Assembly (NCBI GenBank): GCA_963674865.2
Contig: CAXXYE010000004.1
Coordinates: 256,001-320,000, forward strand
Length of the DNA: 64,000 nt
Reading direction: 5' to 3'
From: Candidatus Hydrogenedentota bacterium
GTDB taxonomy: Bacteria; Hydrogenedentota; Hydrogenedentia; Hydrogenedentales; SLHB01
Below, piece by piece: positions 18,721 through 27,555 of the stretch. The notes under the pieces were generated by a model. That model was not told the origin of the DNA. It was given only the letters and a program-made list of their open reading frames with translations, and searched no databases. The position numbers and the translations under genes were made by a program. Numbering within the stretch: position 1 is the stretch's first letter; each line of letters begins with the position of its first letter.

Positions 18721-20673
18721 TCAAAGTCCTGGTGCGGGCGTGTTGAGCCATGCCAGGTTGAATGTGTGGTGCAACCGGCTGCTGATGAGGTGTATGAGCC
18801 CGTTTGCGCCTTGGCAGGAGGCCACGTATCCAGCCGGTTCGGACGTTGTCTTGCTCATCATGCAGAAGCGTCCATCCATCGTCTCTACCATACGTCCCGG
18901 GCCGTCGTCGCTCACCGGCCTGCGTATGGGCCATGTTGCGCCATCGTCGAATGATACGGCGCAGTAGAGTCCGGTGATCGGCCGCTCCACACCGGTGGCG
19001 TCTTTGATTGGCATGGGTTCATTGGCGAATGATGCGAAGAAGAGCGGGCCTTCGCGCAGTCGCTTGAGCACTACGCGCTGCGAGGAGCGCACGGGGGGGA
19101 AGGGACTCGCGGAATAGCTCCATGTCCGGCCCATATCGTTGGAGATGCTCTGGGGCATCATGCCGTCGATATTGGCGTTTCGGCCAAAGGCCAGTAGCCG
19201 GCCGTCCGCCAGTTGCGCCACGCCCGCGTGGATGCCGGCGATAGTGCCGCCCGCATCATGCCAGGTGTCGCCGTCGTTGCCGCTTAGCCATAGGGCCGTG
19301 CCGTACTGGCCTCGGCCGACAGCGTCGCAGGTGAGCACGACGGTTCCGTCCTGGGCGCGAAAGGCCGATTCGATGGGCATGTGCCGGAGGCCGTGCTCGG
19401 GGACGATATACCGGGGCGTGGTCCAGGTGGCGCCGCTGTCATTGGAGGTGCGCATGACGATGGCGATGCTGCCCCAGGTTGCCGCGGCGGACACTCCGAT
19501 GAAATGGTGGATGCTGTCGCCATCGCGCCAGAGGAGCGAGGAGCCTATCGTGCGATCCGCCGGGCCCCAGAAGGCCGACGCCGGTTCCCATTCGTCTGTG
19601 CCATACCTACGGCGGCTGCCTGCCAAGGTTGTCTCACGGCCAGGCTCCTGGACGCAGGTATACCAGCAGGCCAGGAGGTCGCCGTTCGGGCATTCGGTGA
19701 TCGCCGGTACATGATTGTGATGTGCGAAAAGGGGGCCGTTCGCCCTGGGGGATATGCGTACGAACGGTTGGGGACGGGCGTAGTACGGCTTGTTGCTCGG
19801 CGGCGCGGCCTCGAGGTCCGCGGGCTGCTCCTGCTTGACGTTGTCGAGGCACATGGGGAGTGGGGGCGGGGGCAGCGGCTCAGTGTCCGGCATGGCGCCT
19901 AGGACGGGGCGGAATCCTATCAGCCAGCTTCGTTCCTCCGGCAGGGCGGCCATGCGGTTGGCCGAGCGCAGGTAGAAGAGTTCCGTCGAGTGGCTTCCGC
20001 CGCGTGTTACGCGGAATTCGCCGGACGCCCGCCCGAGCGGGTCCTGCTGCTCGCCCTCCTCGTAGGGGCCGTACCAGTCGAGGCACCACTCTTCGACGAG
20101 GCCGTGCATGGCCCATAGGCCCCATGGATTGGGCCTTTTCTGCATACAGCGCAATGTGACAATGTCTTCCCGTCCGCTTCTTCGAGGATCCGGATACCAG
20201 GATCGGTGTTGGTTCTTCCGGGAGTATTCGTGCAAGGTCATCCCTGTGCTATAGGGGGTCGTTGTGCCCGCGCGGCAGGCATATTCCCATTCAGCTTCCG
20301 TCGGCAAGCGGTATGGCAGGCCCTCTCTGTCCGAAAGCCAGTCACAGAAGCCAACGGCCTCGTGCCAACTGATGAATACGACGGCTTCATCGTCATCTTG
20401 GGAGAAGCCGAGTTTTCCGCGCAATTGGGCGTGAGCCGCGTCGAACTGTTCATAGACGGCGTTCGTGACGGGATGTGCCGCCATGTAGAAAGGCCGCGTG
20501 ATGTGCACGGTGTGAACCGGCTGCTCGTCGTGATCCCCTAGTTGGCGGTGCGGCAATCCGGCAATGCCCTCCGGCAGCGGGGTGGTGTCTACGCCCATGG
20601 TGAACGTGCCGGGCTCGAGCCTGACAAGCTGCTGGCCGAGTGAGTTGGTGTGTTCTTTGTCGGAAGGGAACAT
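18721..20673 (-). CDS. FGE-sulfatase (SUMF1-like) domain fused to a BNR-repeat sialidase-like domain
   Basis: N-half: PGTFTMG, PVTNAVYEQF, YRLPTEAEWEYACRAG, PNPWGL, RGGS. C-half: Asp-boxes SNDSGATW, GNDGDTW, SNDMGRTW, SFDDGATW. Confidence 0.85.
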   Translation of the reverse strand: MFPSDKEHTNSLGQQLVRLEPGTFTMGVDTTPLPEGIAGLPHRQLGDHDEQPVHTVHITRPFYMAAHPVTNAVYEQFDAAHAQLRGKLGFSQDDDEAVVFISWHEAVGFCDWLSDREGLPYRLPTEAEWEYACRAGTTTPYSTGMTLHEYSRKNQHRSWYPDPRRSGREDIVTLRCMQKRPNPWGLWAMHGLVEEWCLDWYGPYEEGEQQDPLGRASGEFRVTRGGSHSTELFYLRSANRMAALPEERSWLIGFRPVLGAMPDTEPLPPPPLPMCLDNVKQEQPADLEAAPPSNKPYYARPQPFVRISPRANGPLFAHHNHVPAITECPNGDLLACWYTCVQEPGRETTLAGSRRRYGTDEWEPASAFWGPADRTIGSSLLWRDGDSIHHFIGVSAAATWGSIAIVMRTSNDSGATWTTPRYIVPEHGLRHMPIESAFRAQDGTVVLTCDAVGRGQYGTALWLSGNDGDTWHDAGGTIAGIHAGVAQLADGRLLAFGRNANIDGMMPQSISNDMGRTWSYSASPFPPVRSSQRVVLKRLREGPLFFASFANEPMPIKDATGVERPITGLYCAVSFDDGATWPIRRPVSDDGPGRMVETMDGRFCMMSKTTSEPAGYVASCQGANGLIHLISSRLHHTFNLAWLNTPAPGL

Positions 20674-20773
20674 GATCTTGGGCTCTCTTTCGTCTTACTG
20701 TCGGTAAGTGATGTTGGGGGCGACTTCTTTCCCACTCTAGAGGCGCTGGATTGAAGGTTCAAGGGAAGCGCGG

Positions 20774-21946
20774 CTAGCGAAACACCTGTGCCAGTGCTTC
20801 GAGGTATGCCGTGCCGTGCTCGCTGTCGGGTTCAAGATGGCTGCCTTCCGTCCACTCGTTCCAGCAGTTCACGGTGACGATACGCGGCGAAACGCCGCGT
20901 GCTTCGATCCAGTCACGCACCGCCCGGCAGGCCGCCTCGAAGTTCTCGGGGGTGTTGTTACCGATAGTGGCCATGAACGGATAGCGCCATGTGTCGAAGG
21001 CGTCCGACTGCACGGTACGCGGACTGGGGTCCCAGCCCATGGTGATGTTGGGGAAGTAGGGCACGTCCATGGCTTCGGCATGCGCGTCCGCGAAGGCTAG
21101 GTATTTCCTCTGGACCTCGCGGTAGTCGGTTTCGGGAAAGTTCTCGAGCGCCACGTGATGAATCCACACGTAGGATGTTACTGAGTCGAAGTTGAGGGCC
21201 TTCACGATTAGGGCGGGGTCCATCGGCGCCGTCTCGCCCGGCAGGATGGCGCGTCCCCACACCACCGCGTTGAGGTGAAGGCCGGGCAGTCCGGCTTCCA
21301 CGCATTTCGCCCTGAACGCGTCGAGGGCGGCGCGGGTCGCGTCTACGCTCCCAAAGCTCGCGAGCAGGGCCGTGAGGTCGTAGATGGAGAAGTAGGGCCT
21401 TCCCTTGATTGTCCAGTAAGAGGGGTGGGGGAAGTAGGTCTTGACGAGAAACGTTGTCATGCGTTCCCATGTCTCGGGGGTGATTTTTCCGGGGAACTGT
21501 AACAGGGGTTGAACATGTCGCTTTGCGGGATGGATATCGGTCCAATCGTGGTTGGCCCACATCACGCCGAACTTCAGGCGATTGTTGTTTCTAGCTCCGA
21601 GGAAGCCCTTTTCGATGCCGCGTTCAAGGAATGGGCCATCATCATAGTAATACCAGTCAAAGATGAAGGCGTCGATTCCGTGGTTTGCCGCCGCGTCAAT
21701 CTTCTTTGCCATGATTTTGGGATCAGCCTCGTCTGTGTATCCCCATGCGGGGACTTTGGGCTGATGATGTCCAGGCCAGCGCGGCTTGGCTGCCTTGACG
21801 AGTTCCCACTCCGTCCAGCCGGGGCCGTGTTGGGCTTCATTGCGCGGATCGACGTGGTAGTTGGGGAAGTAGTAGCAGGCGATGGTAATGGGATCCGTGG
21901 CCGCGGGGGCGGCGGCGAGGGCAAGCGGTAGAAAGATGTGTGCCAT
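20774..21946 (-). CDS. GH99-like / WbsX-family glycoside hydrolase, secreted
   Basis: ACYYFPNYH, GWTEWELVK, HHQPKVP, GIDAFIFDWY, MWANHDW, GWDPSPR, NCWNEWTEGSHLEPD. Confidence 0.88.
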   Translation of the reverse strand: MAHIFLPLALAAAPAATDPITIACYYFPNYHVDPRNEAQHGPGWTEWELVKAAKPRWPGHHQPKVPAWGYTDEADPKIMAKKIDAAANHGIDAFIFDWYYYDDGPFLERGIEKGFLGARNNNRLKFGVMWANHDWTDIHPAKRHVQPLLQFPGKITPETWERMTTFLVKTYFPHPSYWTIKGRPYFSIYDLTALLASFGSVDATRAALDAFRAKCVEAGLPGLHLNAVVWGRAILPGETAPMDPALIVKALNFDSVTSYVWIHHVALENFPETDYREVQRKYLAFADAHAEAMDVPYFPNITMGWDPSPRTVQSDAFDTWRYPFMATIGNNTPENFEAACRAVRDWIEARGVSPRIVTVNCWNEWTEGSHLEPDSEHGTAYLEALAQVFR

Positions 21947-21961
21947 TCAAGAGGGCTCCCT

Positions 21962-22900
21962 TCAGTCTAATGGCTTTCCGATGAGCGAGAGGCCGCGGAT
22001 AGCGCCTTTGGCTTTGGACAGGCCGGGCATCTCCCAACCGATGTTGATGTGGACGATACGGTAGGCGTTGAGGGTGCCGGGGGAATCAGCCAGTGCGCCG
22101 CGTGCCTTCGCTTTGGCTAGTCCATCCGCAATCAAGGGCAGCAGGTCGGCTTCGATCTTGATCCAAGTTCCCTCGTGGAGCGATGGGCGATCCGCGAAGT
22201 ACTCCCGCGAGGATGGTATGAAGATACTCCGCCGTCCGGCTTGGGGCATATCGGGATTGAAGTCAACATGAAGCGATTCGTCATGGAAGGGCTTTCGCGA
22301 GTCGTATAGCGGCACGCCAAACCAGAAGAAGTCATTGCGGCCGGGGGAATCCGGCTGGTCGTCCTTGACGATGAAGAAGATCTGGAACTGAGCTGCGTGC
22401 AGGCCGGGGTCATAGCCTTTTTCGGCGTCCTCGATGTTATTGGCCTCCAGAATCCTCGCCTCGAGACTCAGTGTCAGGGATTCCAACCGGCCGAGGAAGG
22501 GCGAGTTGAGGCTCTGTTGAACCAGGAGATGCGGCCATCCCTGCGTCGCTTCGCGGAATGCGCCGTGATACTCAGTGATGGAATCGAGGCCAAGGATAAG
22601 CATGCCGTCGCTGTGGCGGAACTCGACCAATTTGGTTTCATCGTCGAATACCATGGCGCCATTCTCCATACTGCGCCGTTTGAGGGTGCTTTGCAGATTG
22701 AAGCGCGTGTGCCACTGGGCGATCTCCCAGGCCGGCTCCGGCCCGTCGTCCAGGTATTTCTCGACGCGGCAAACCTGCTTGGTAGCGGGATCCATTATTG
22801 CGAATCCATCCTGGAAACCTTGATCGCGAAGGATTGTGATGTATTCATCGGCATGTGCTATGCCGGATACCAGGAAGACGAACAGCGCGGCACTCATCAT
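21962..22900 (-). CDS. Secreted hypothetical protein
   Basis: Signal peptide MMSAALFVFLVSGIAHA; aromatic-rich body (WEIAQW, WPHLL, WFGVPLYD, NIGWEMPG) suggesting a beta-sandwich carbohydrate-active fold. Confidence 0.6.
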   Translation of the reverse strand: MMSAALFVFLVSGIAHADEYITILRDQGFQDGFAIMDPATKQVCRVEKYLDDGPEPAWEIAQWHTRFNLQSTLKRRSMENGAMVFDDETKLVEFRHSDGMLILGLDSITEYHGAFREATQGWPHLLVQQSLNSPFLGRLESLTLSLEARILEANNIEDAEKGYDPGLHAAQFQIFFIVKDDQPDSPGRNDFFWFGVPLYDSRKPFHDESLHVDFNPDMPQAGRRSIFIPSSREYFADRPSLHEGTWIKIEADLLPLIADGLAKAKARGALADSPGTLNAYRIVHINIGWEMPGLSKAKGAIRGLSLIGKPLD

Positions 22901-23058
22901 GAAATCACCCCGGTCGTCTAGGTTCCATTTGGGCATACTGGTCGAACAATGATCTCGACGGAAGTGTATCTCACTGAGCCTGCCTGGGGAAACAGGGCGT
23001 GAAGCGGATGTCGGCGCGTTTCATGCGTGAGTATGGCGAAACGGCACTCGGCTGGAGG

Positions 23059-23409
23059 TCATCCGTGAGGCGCGTTAGGTATCCTAACGAGAAACGTGGT
23101 TCCGGCCCCATGCCGTCTTTCGACGGATATGTCGCCCAAGTTCATGGTTACTACACCGCGGGCAGTGTCCGGCGTAACGTGCTCTTCTTGAGTTCGGGAT
23201 GTCTGATGAGGCACGGGGAGAGCGTCGTCGGCGTTCGCGCAGGCCATGACGGGGCGGCGGCTCACGGAGAGTTCCGATACACCGGCTTCGTCGATGGCGG
23301 CGCGGATCAGGTGTAGCACATCCGGCAGCGGCCGGGTGGCGATGTGATGAGTGGAACGGCCGTGCGGCCAGAATGTCTCATGGCGCTCGTAGTTTGCTGC
23401 ACCTTTCGC
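23059..23409 (-). pseudogene. Possible degenerate histidine-kinase ATPase-domain remnant
   Basis: The open frame ends ARGVVTMNLGDISVERRHGAGTTFLVRIP, resembling HATPase_c C-termini; no N/G1 boxes and no convincing start. Confidence 0.45.
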
Positions 23410-23471
23410 TTAGGTACTTGAGTCCCGGCCCCGCCAGGTGGCGCCCAAGCGCTGGATGGCCTCTCCCTCGG

Positions 23472-23495
23472 GGCCGCCGGTGCACTTCGGCGGCC
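23472..23495 (-). terminator. GC-rich hairpin just after the last gene of the hydrogenase operon
   Basis: GGCCGCCG-N8-CGGCGGCC, 7 nt past the stop at 23503; no U-tract. Confidence 0.4.
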
Positions 23496-23502
23496 GTGGG
23501 GA

Positions 23503-24981
23503 CTAGTCGGCGATGGGAAGACTCACGGTGAACGTAGTTCCCCGATCCGGCACGCTGACGGCGGCCACGTGTCCTTGATGCGTCTCGACGAGCCTCTTCA
23601 CGAGGCTTAGGCCCAAACCGCTGCCCGGGATCTCAACGGTATGCTGATTCTTGGCCCGGTAGAATTCATCAAACGCGTGTTCCAGTTCATCCTCCGCCAT
23701 CCCTATTCCGTCATCTTTCACGGTGACATGCACGAAGACATCGTTTTGGGCCACGTGCAAGTCCACGTGGCCGTCAGAGTGGGAGTACTTCACGGCATTG
23801 TTGATGAGGTTGCCGAATATGATGAGCAGCGAGTCGGGGTCGGCCAACACGCGTGTATCTTCGGTTCCCGGCGCGATGGAGAGATTCAGGGCGATCTTCT
23901 TCTGTTCCGCCTTCTCCCTATTGGTATCGAGCGAGTTTTTCACAACCTCAGAGATGTTGACAGGGGAGCGCCTAAGTGCGAATTTGCCCGCCTTGATGGC
24001 CTGGAGGTCGAGCAGCTCTTCAATCAACTCTCTCAGAGCACTGATGCGGAGCAAGGAACGCGTGAGCATATGCCGCTGTTTGTCGGGATCGCCTTCTACC
24101 AGGCCGTTAAGAATGAGTTGAAGATAGTTGGCGACCGCCGCGAGGGGGCTCTTCAACTCGTGGGCAACCATGGACACGAACATGGATTTTGTGGTGTCGA
24201 GTTTTTTCAGGGCGGTAATGTCGCGCAGGACGGCCACGGCGCCCACGAGGGTGGCGTCCGGCTCGAAGACGGGACTTGCGCTGGCCAAGAAAGTCTGCTT
24301 GTCGACGGTGATTTCCTTGGACTCGATGACGGGGCCGGAGTCGGCACTCAGGGCTTGTTCGATGAGCTCGGCCAACATGGTACAGCCGATGTCCGAGACA
24401 GGGGAGGAAAGCGGCTGTTGCGCGCACGAGGGCATGGTACTCATGATGGCGGCATTTCGGAGAACAACCTGCCTATCACGGTTGACAACCAGGACGCCGT
24501 CGGTCATGCAACTAATGATGGTGTTGCATCTGGAACGCTCGACGGCTACCTCGAGAAGGCGGTTCTCTTTTTCCTCGCGAAGCCGGCGCGCCTCGATTGT
24601 CAGCGCGCGATGCTCGATGCCGTTTCGGACGGGTAAAAGCAACTCGTCTGGGGTGAATGGTTTAGGTATATATGCATAGGCTCCGCGGTGTGTTGCCTCA
24701 ACCGCGGTCTCTATGGTGGCGTAGGCCGTGATGACGAGGATGACGACATCCTTGTCGAGTGCCCGAAGCTTCTCAATCAATTCCATGCCGCCCATGCGCG
24801 GCATATTGAGGTCGACTAGAGCCATGGCAAAGTCGTTGCGGCTCTGGAAGAGCTCGAGTCCGGCCACGCCATCCGGGGCATCTTCAACAATGAATCCCTC
24901 AGGCGTGAGAATCTTGCGGCATCCCTGGCGCATGCCCTCTTCGTCGTCCACTACGAGGACGCGGGTGACTTCTTCGCTCAT
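23503..24981 (-). CDS. Hybrid response regulator / PAS / histidine kinase (REC-PAS-HisKA-HATPase)
   Basis: VLVVDDE...VDLNMP...KPF; MTDGVLVVN PAS; AHELKSPL; NLINNAVKY, DDGIG, GSGLGL. Confidence 0.93.
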   Translation of the reverse strand: MSEEVTRVLVVDDEEGMRQGCRKILTPEGFIVEDAPDGVAGLELFQSRNDFAMALVDLNMPRMGGMELIEKLRALDKDVVILVITAYATIETAVEATHRGAYAYIPKPFTPDELLLPVRNGIEHRALTIEARRLREEKENRLLEVAVERSRCNTIISCMTDGVLVVNRDRQVVLRNAAIMSTMPSCAQQPLSSPVSDIGCTMLAELIEQALSADSGPVIESKEITVDKQTFLASASPVFEPDATLVGAVAVLRDITALKKLDTTKSMFVSMVAHELKSPLAAVANYLQLILNGLVEGDPDKQRHMLTRSLLRISALRELIEELLDLQAIKAGKFALRRSPVNISEVVKNSLDTNREKAEQKKIALNLSIAPGTEDTRVLADPDSLLIIFGNLINNAVKYSHSDGHVDLHVAQNDVFVHVTVKDDGIGMAEDELEHAFDEFYRAKNQHTVEIPGSGLGLSLVKRLVETHQGHVAAVSVPDRGTTFTVSLPIAD

Positions 24982-25436
24982 TCTGCGTTCTCCCTTGGCT
25001 TTGTGGGAGTCCCATGCCCCTGCGGCGACGCGTCCTGTGATGCCAGAAGCCTATGCACTTCGCCCAGCAGTTGTTGGGGGTCGAGAGGTTTGCTCAAGAA
25101 TGCATCCGTGTTCATGGCCGCGAGATCTTCGTCGGTATGTGGGCGGAAATCGAATCCGCGTTGCGCCGCGGCCGCGGTGACGAGTATGACGGGGAGATGC
25201 TTTGCGCTCGTCATGTCTTTAATGCTCCGGGCAAGTGTGAAGCCGGAATCGAGAGCACTCATCATGAGGTCCGTGATCACAAGATCAGGCAGGTTTTCCT
25301 CCAGACGGGCCAAGGCTTCCGTGGGATCGGCGCACGTCCGAACACCATATCCTGCTCCTTCGAGGACGCACTTGGCCCAGAGAAGAAAGTCCACGTCGTC
25401 GTCGACAATCAGGATGTTCGCCGAAGACTTCGTCAT
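24978..25436 (-). CDS. Single-domain response regulator receiver
   Basis: ILIVDDD, DLVITDLMM, PVILVTA, FLSKP; start ATG 25436 (alternative GTG 25475); stop overlaps the next start. Confidence 0.9.
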   Translation of the reverse strand: MTKSSANILIVDDDVDFLLWAKCVLEGAGYGVRTCADPTEALARLEENLPDLVITDLMMSALDSGFTLARSIKDMTSAKHLPVILVTAAAAQRGFDFRPHTDEDLAAMNTDAFLSKPLDPQQLLGEVHRLLASQDASPQGHGTPTKPRENAE

Positions 25437-25499
25437 GTCACATGCGCTCCCATGGGGCAAGTTCGTGGTATTCACGCCCCGGATGGCCCCAATCCATTC

Positions 25500-27542
25500 C
25501 TACACCTCCGAGTGGCCCGGCGCTCCGTTATCGGAGACGGGCAGCGTGATCGTGAATGTGGTTCCCTTCCCGACCTCGCTTCGGGCCTTGATATCTCCCG
25601 AATGCATCTTAACAATACCGTAGGCTATGGCCAAGCCGAGGCCGGTGCCCTGGCCGATCTCCTTGGTCGTGAAGAAGGGCGTGAAGAGTTTGGCTATGTG
25701 CTCCTCAGGAATTCCCACGCCGTTGTCGGAGACTTCAAGGGCGACGCATCGCTCGCTCTCCGGCCAGGCCCGGACTTGTACTACACCACCCGCGCCATCG
25801 ATTGCATCGAGACCGTTCCCAACGAGGTTAATGAGCATCTGCTTTACCTGGTCGCCGTCGATCATCATGACGGGCAGGTCGTTCTTCACGGAGAAGTCCA
25901 GAACCACTTCATGCTGCTTGGCCTTCGGGGCCATGACGACTCTAACCTCTTCGAGCACACGCGTCAGGTCCGTGGCGGCCTTCGATATGCGTGACTGACG
26001 GGCAAAGTCCAATAGCCCCCTCACGATCTTCTTGCAGCGATCGGCCTCCTTGACAACCATCAGGAGATCGGTCCGTTTGGGATCATCTTCTTGAAGCTGC
26101 TTGAGAAGCATGTGCGAGTAGATCAAAACGGTTCCGAGCGGATTATTAATCTCGTGGGCGACGCCGGCGGAAAGCTGTCCCATGGAGGCGAGGCGTTCGG
26201 TTTGTACCAAGCGTTGCTGCGCTGAAGCCAGCTTCACGTGGGAGTTCTGAAGGCTTTCGCAGGTCTGCTGGAGTTCCTCGATGAGATAGGGGAGACACAT
26301 CTGCGGCTCGGCGAGTCCCTGCCACACCGCAATGGCCTTTTCCCGGCAGGTGGGATAACCGCAGGCTCCGCAGTTCAGTTGGTCCTCCGGACGGAGCTTG
26401 CGCATGCTCGCAAGTGTCTGCTCGATCTCTTCCTCGGAGGGCTCGGTGAGCTCGATATTCTGGGCGGTGAAATAGCGCCCCATGTCCAAGTCTGCGAATT
26501 CGGCCATGCCCTCGACGAGATCGCGTTGTGCCGTATACCTGCCTTGGACATTGACGAAGTCAACGACGCGTTCTTTTCGGACGAGCATGCTGAGGTCGTT
26601 GGCCATTTTCGGCCCACTGATGCAACCTTCACAGAAGAGAATGTCGAAGCATCGCGCTTTGCTTCTTCCTGTGACGAGCTCTTTTAGGACGGCCAGAGCG
26701 CGGTCTTTCCCGTCCGTCATCACGATTTCGCTTTCGAGAATGTCCGCTCCGAGGCCGGCCGTTTTGAGGAGGCCACCGGTGATGGGAAAGGTCCGGCCGA
26801 AGTAGCACCGCGGGCTGTCGAAGCCGCTCTCGGTCATCTCGGTCGCGTCGAGCCCATCGGCTTCGAGCATACGCCCGAGTTCCGGGAAGGTGAGAACCGC
26901 GTCGACGCAGCCAGCTACCGCGGGCTTCCGCATTTCGTTTTTCTTGGCGATACAAGGTCCGATGAAGACGACGGCTGCGTCGGGGCAGCGTTTGCGAACA
27001 GCGCGGGCGGTCGCCACCATGGGCGATACGACGGGGGCAAGCACGTCGAGCAGCTCGGGCATGTATTTCTCGACGTAGGCCACGATGGCGGGGCACGCCG
27101 TCGCGACGACCTTTGCCCCCGTACGCTCGGACTCGTGGAAGAGCCTGGTGTACTCGCGGGAGACGAGCTCCGCGCCAAACGCGACTTCCCAGACGGCGTG
27201 AAAGCCGAGCGCGCGCACGGCCGCGACTACCTGGCCGGGGCTGAGGTCGCTGAAGGCCGCCGGGAAGGACGGGGCTAGGCAGGCGAACACGGGTTTGTCA
27301 CCGGCAAGAAGCTGCCGGACCTCGACGGTGCTATCCTGGATGTGCTTTGCCTTTTGGGCGCAGACCTTTACGCAGTTTCCGCATGCGATGCAGCGGTTCT
27401 CAATCACCACCGCCTGGCCTTCTTCAACCTTGATGGCCTTTGCGGGGCATTCGCGCACACAGGTATAGCATCGCCGACACTTCTCGGGGATAGTCGAGAT
27501 TACCGGGGGGCGGTTTTCTGCTTCGGAACCGGGGCCTTTCAT
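25500..27542 (-). CDS. Putative sensory [FeFe]-hydrogenase (group C-like) fused to a histidine kinase
   Basis: Two CxxCxxCxxxC ferredoxin motifs; H-cluster-like motifs ATACPA, GPCIAKKNE, DILFCEGCISG; FeS motif CGACGYPTC...C; AHEINNPL, NLVGNGLDA, DNGVG, GTGLGL. Confidence 0.88.
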   Translation of the reverse strand: MKGPGSEAENRPPVISTIPEKCRRCYTCVRECPAKAIKVEEGQAVVIENRCIACGNCVKVCAQKAKHIQDSTVEVRQLLAGDKPVFACLAPSFPAAFSDLSPGQVVAAVRALGFHAVWEVAFGAELVSREYTRLFHESERTGAKVVATACPAIVAYVEKYMPELLDVLAPVVSPMVATARAVRKRCPDAAVVFIGPCIAKKNEMRKPAVAGCVDAVLTFPELGRMLEADGLDATEMTESGFDSPRCYFGRTFPITGGLLKTAGLGADILESEIVMTDGKDRALAVLKELVTGRSKARCFDILFCEGCISGPKMANDLSMLVRKERVVDFVNVQGRYTAQRDLVEGMAEFADLDMGRYFTAQNIELTEPSEEEIEQTLASMRKLRPEDQLNCGACGYPTCREKAIAVWQGLAEPQMCLPYLIEELQQTCESLQNSHVKLASAQQRLVQTERLASMGQLSAGVAHEINNPLGTVLIYSHMLLKQLQEDDPKRTDLLMVVKEADRCKKIVRGLLDFARQSRISKAATDLTRVLEEVRVVMAPKAKQHEVVLDFSVKNDLPVMMIDGDQVKQMLINLVGNGLDAIDGAGGVVQVRAWPESERCVALEVSDNGVGIPEEHIAKLFTPFFTTKEIGQGTGLGLAIAYGIVKMHSGDIKARSEVGKGTTFTITLPVSDNGAPGHSEV

Positions 27543-27555
27543 CGTTTATAGTCCT

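Noticed and set aside
9892..23058. Genomic island integrated at tRNA-Arg
   Set aside because: No integrase seen, I found no duplicated tRNA 3' end, and the tRNA retains its own terminator.
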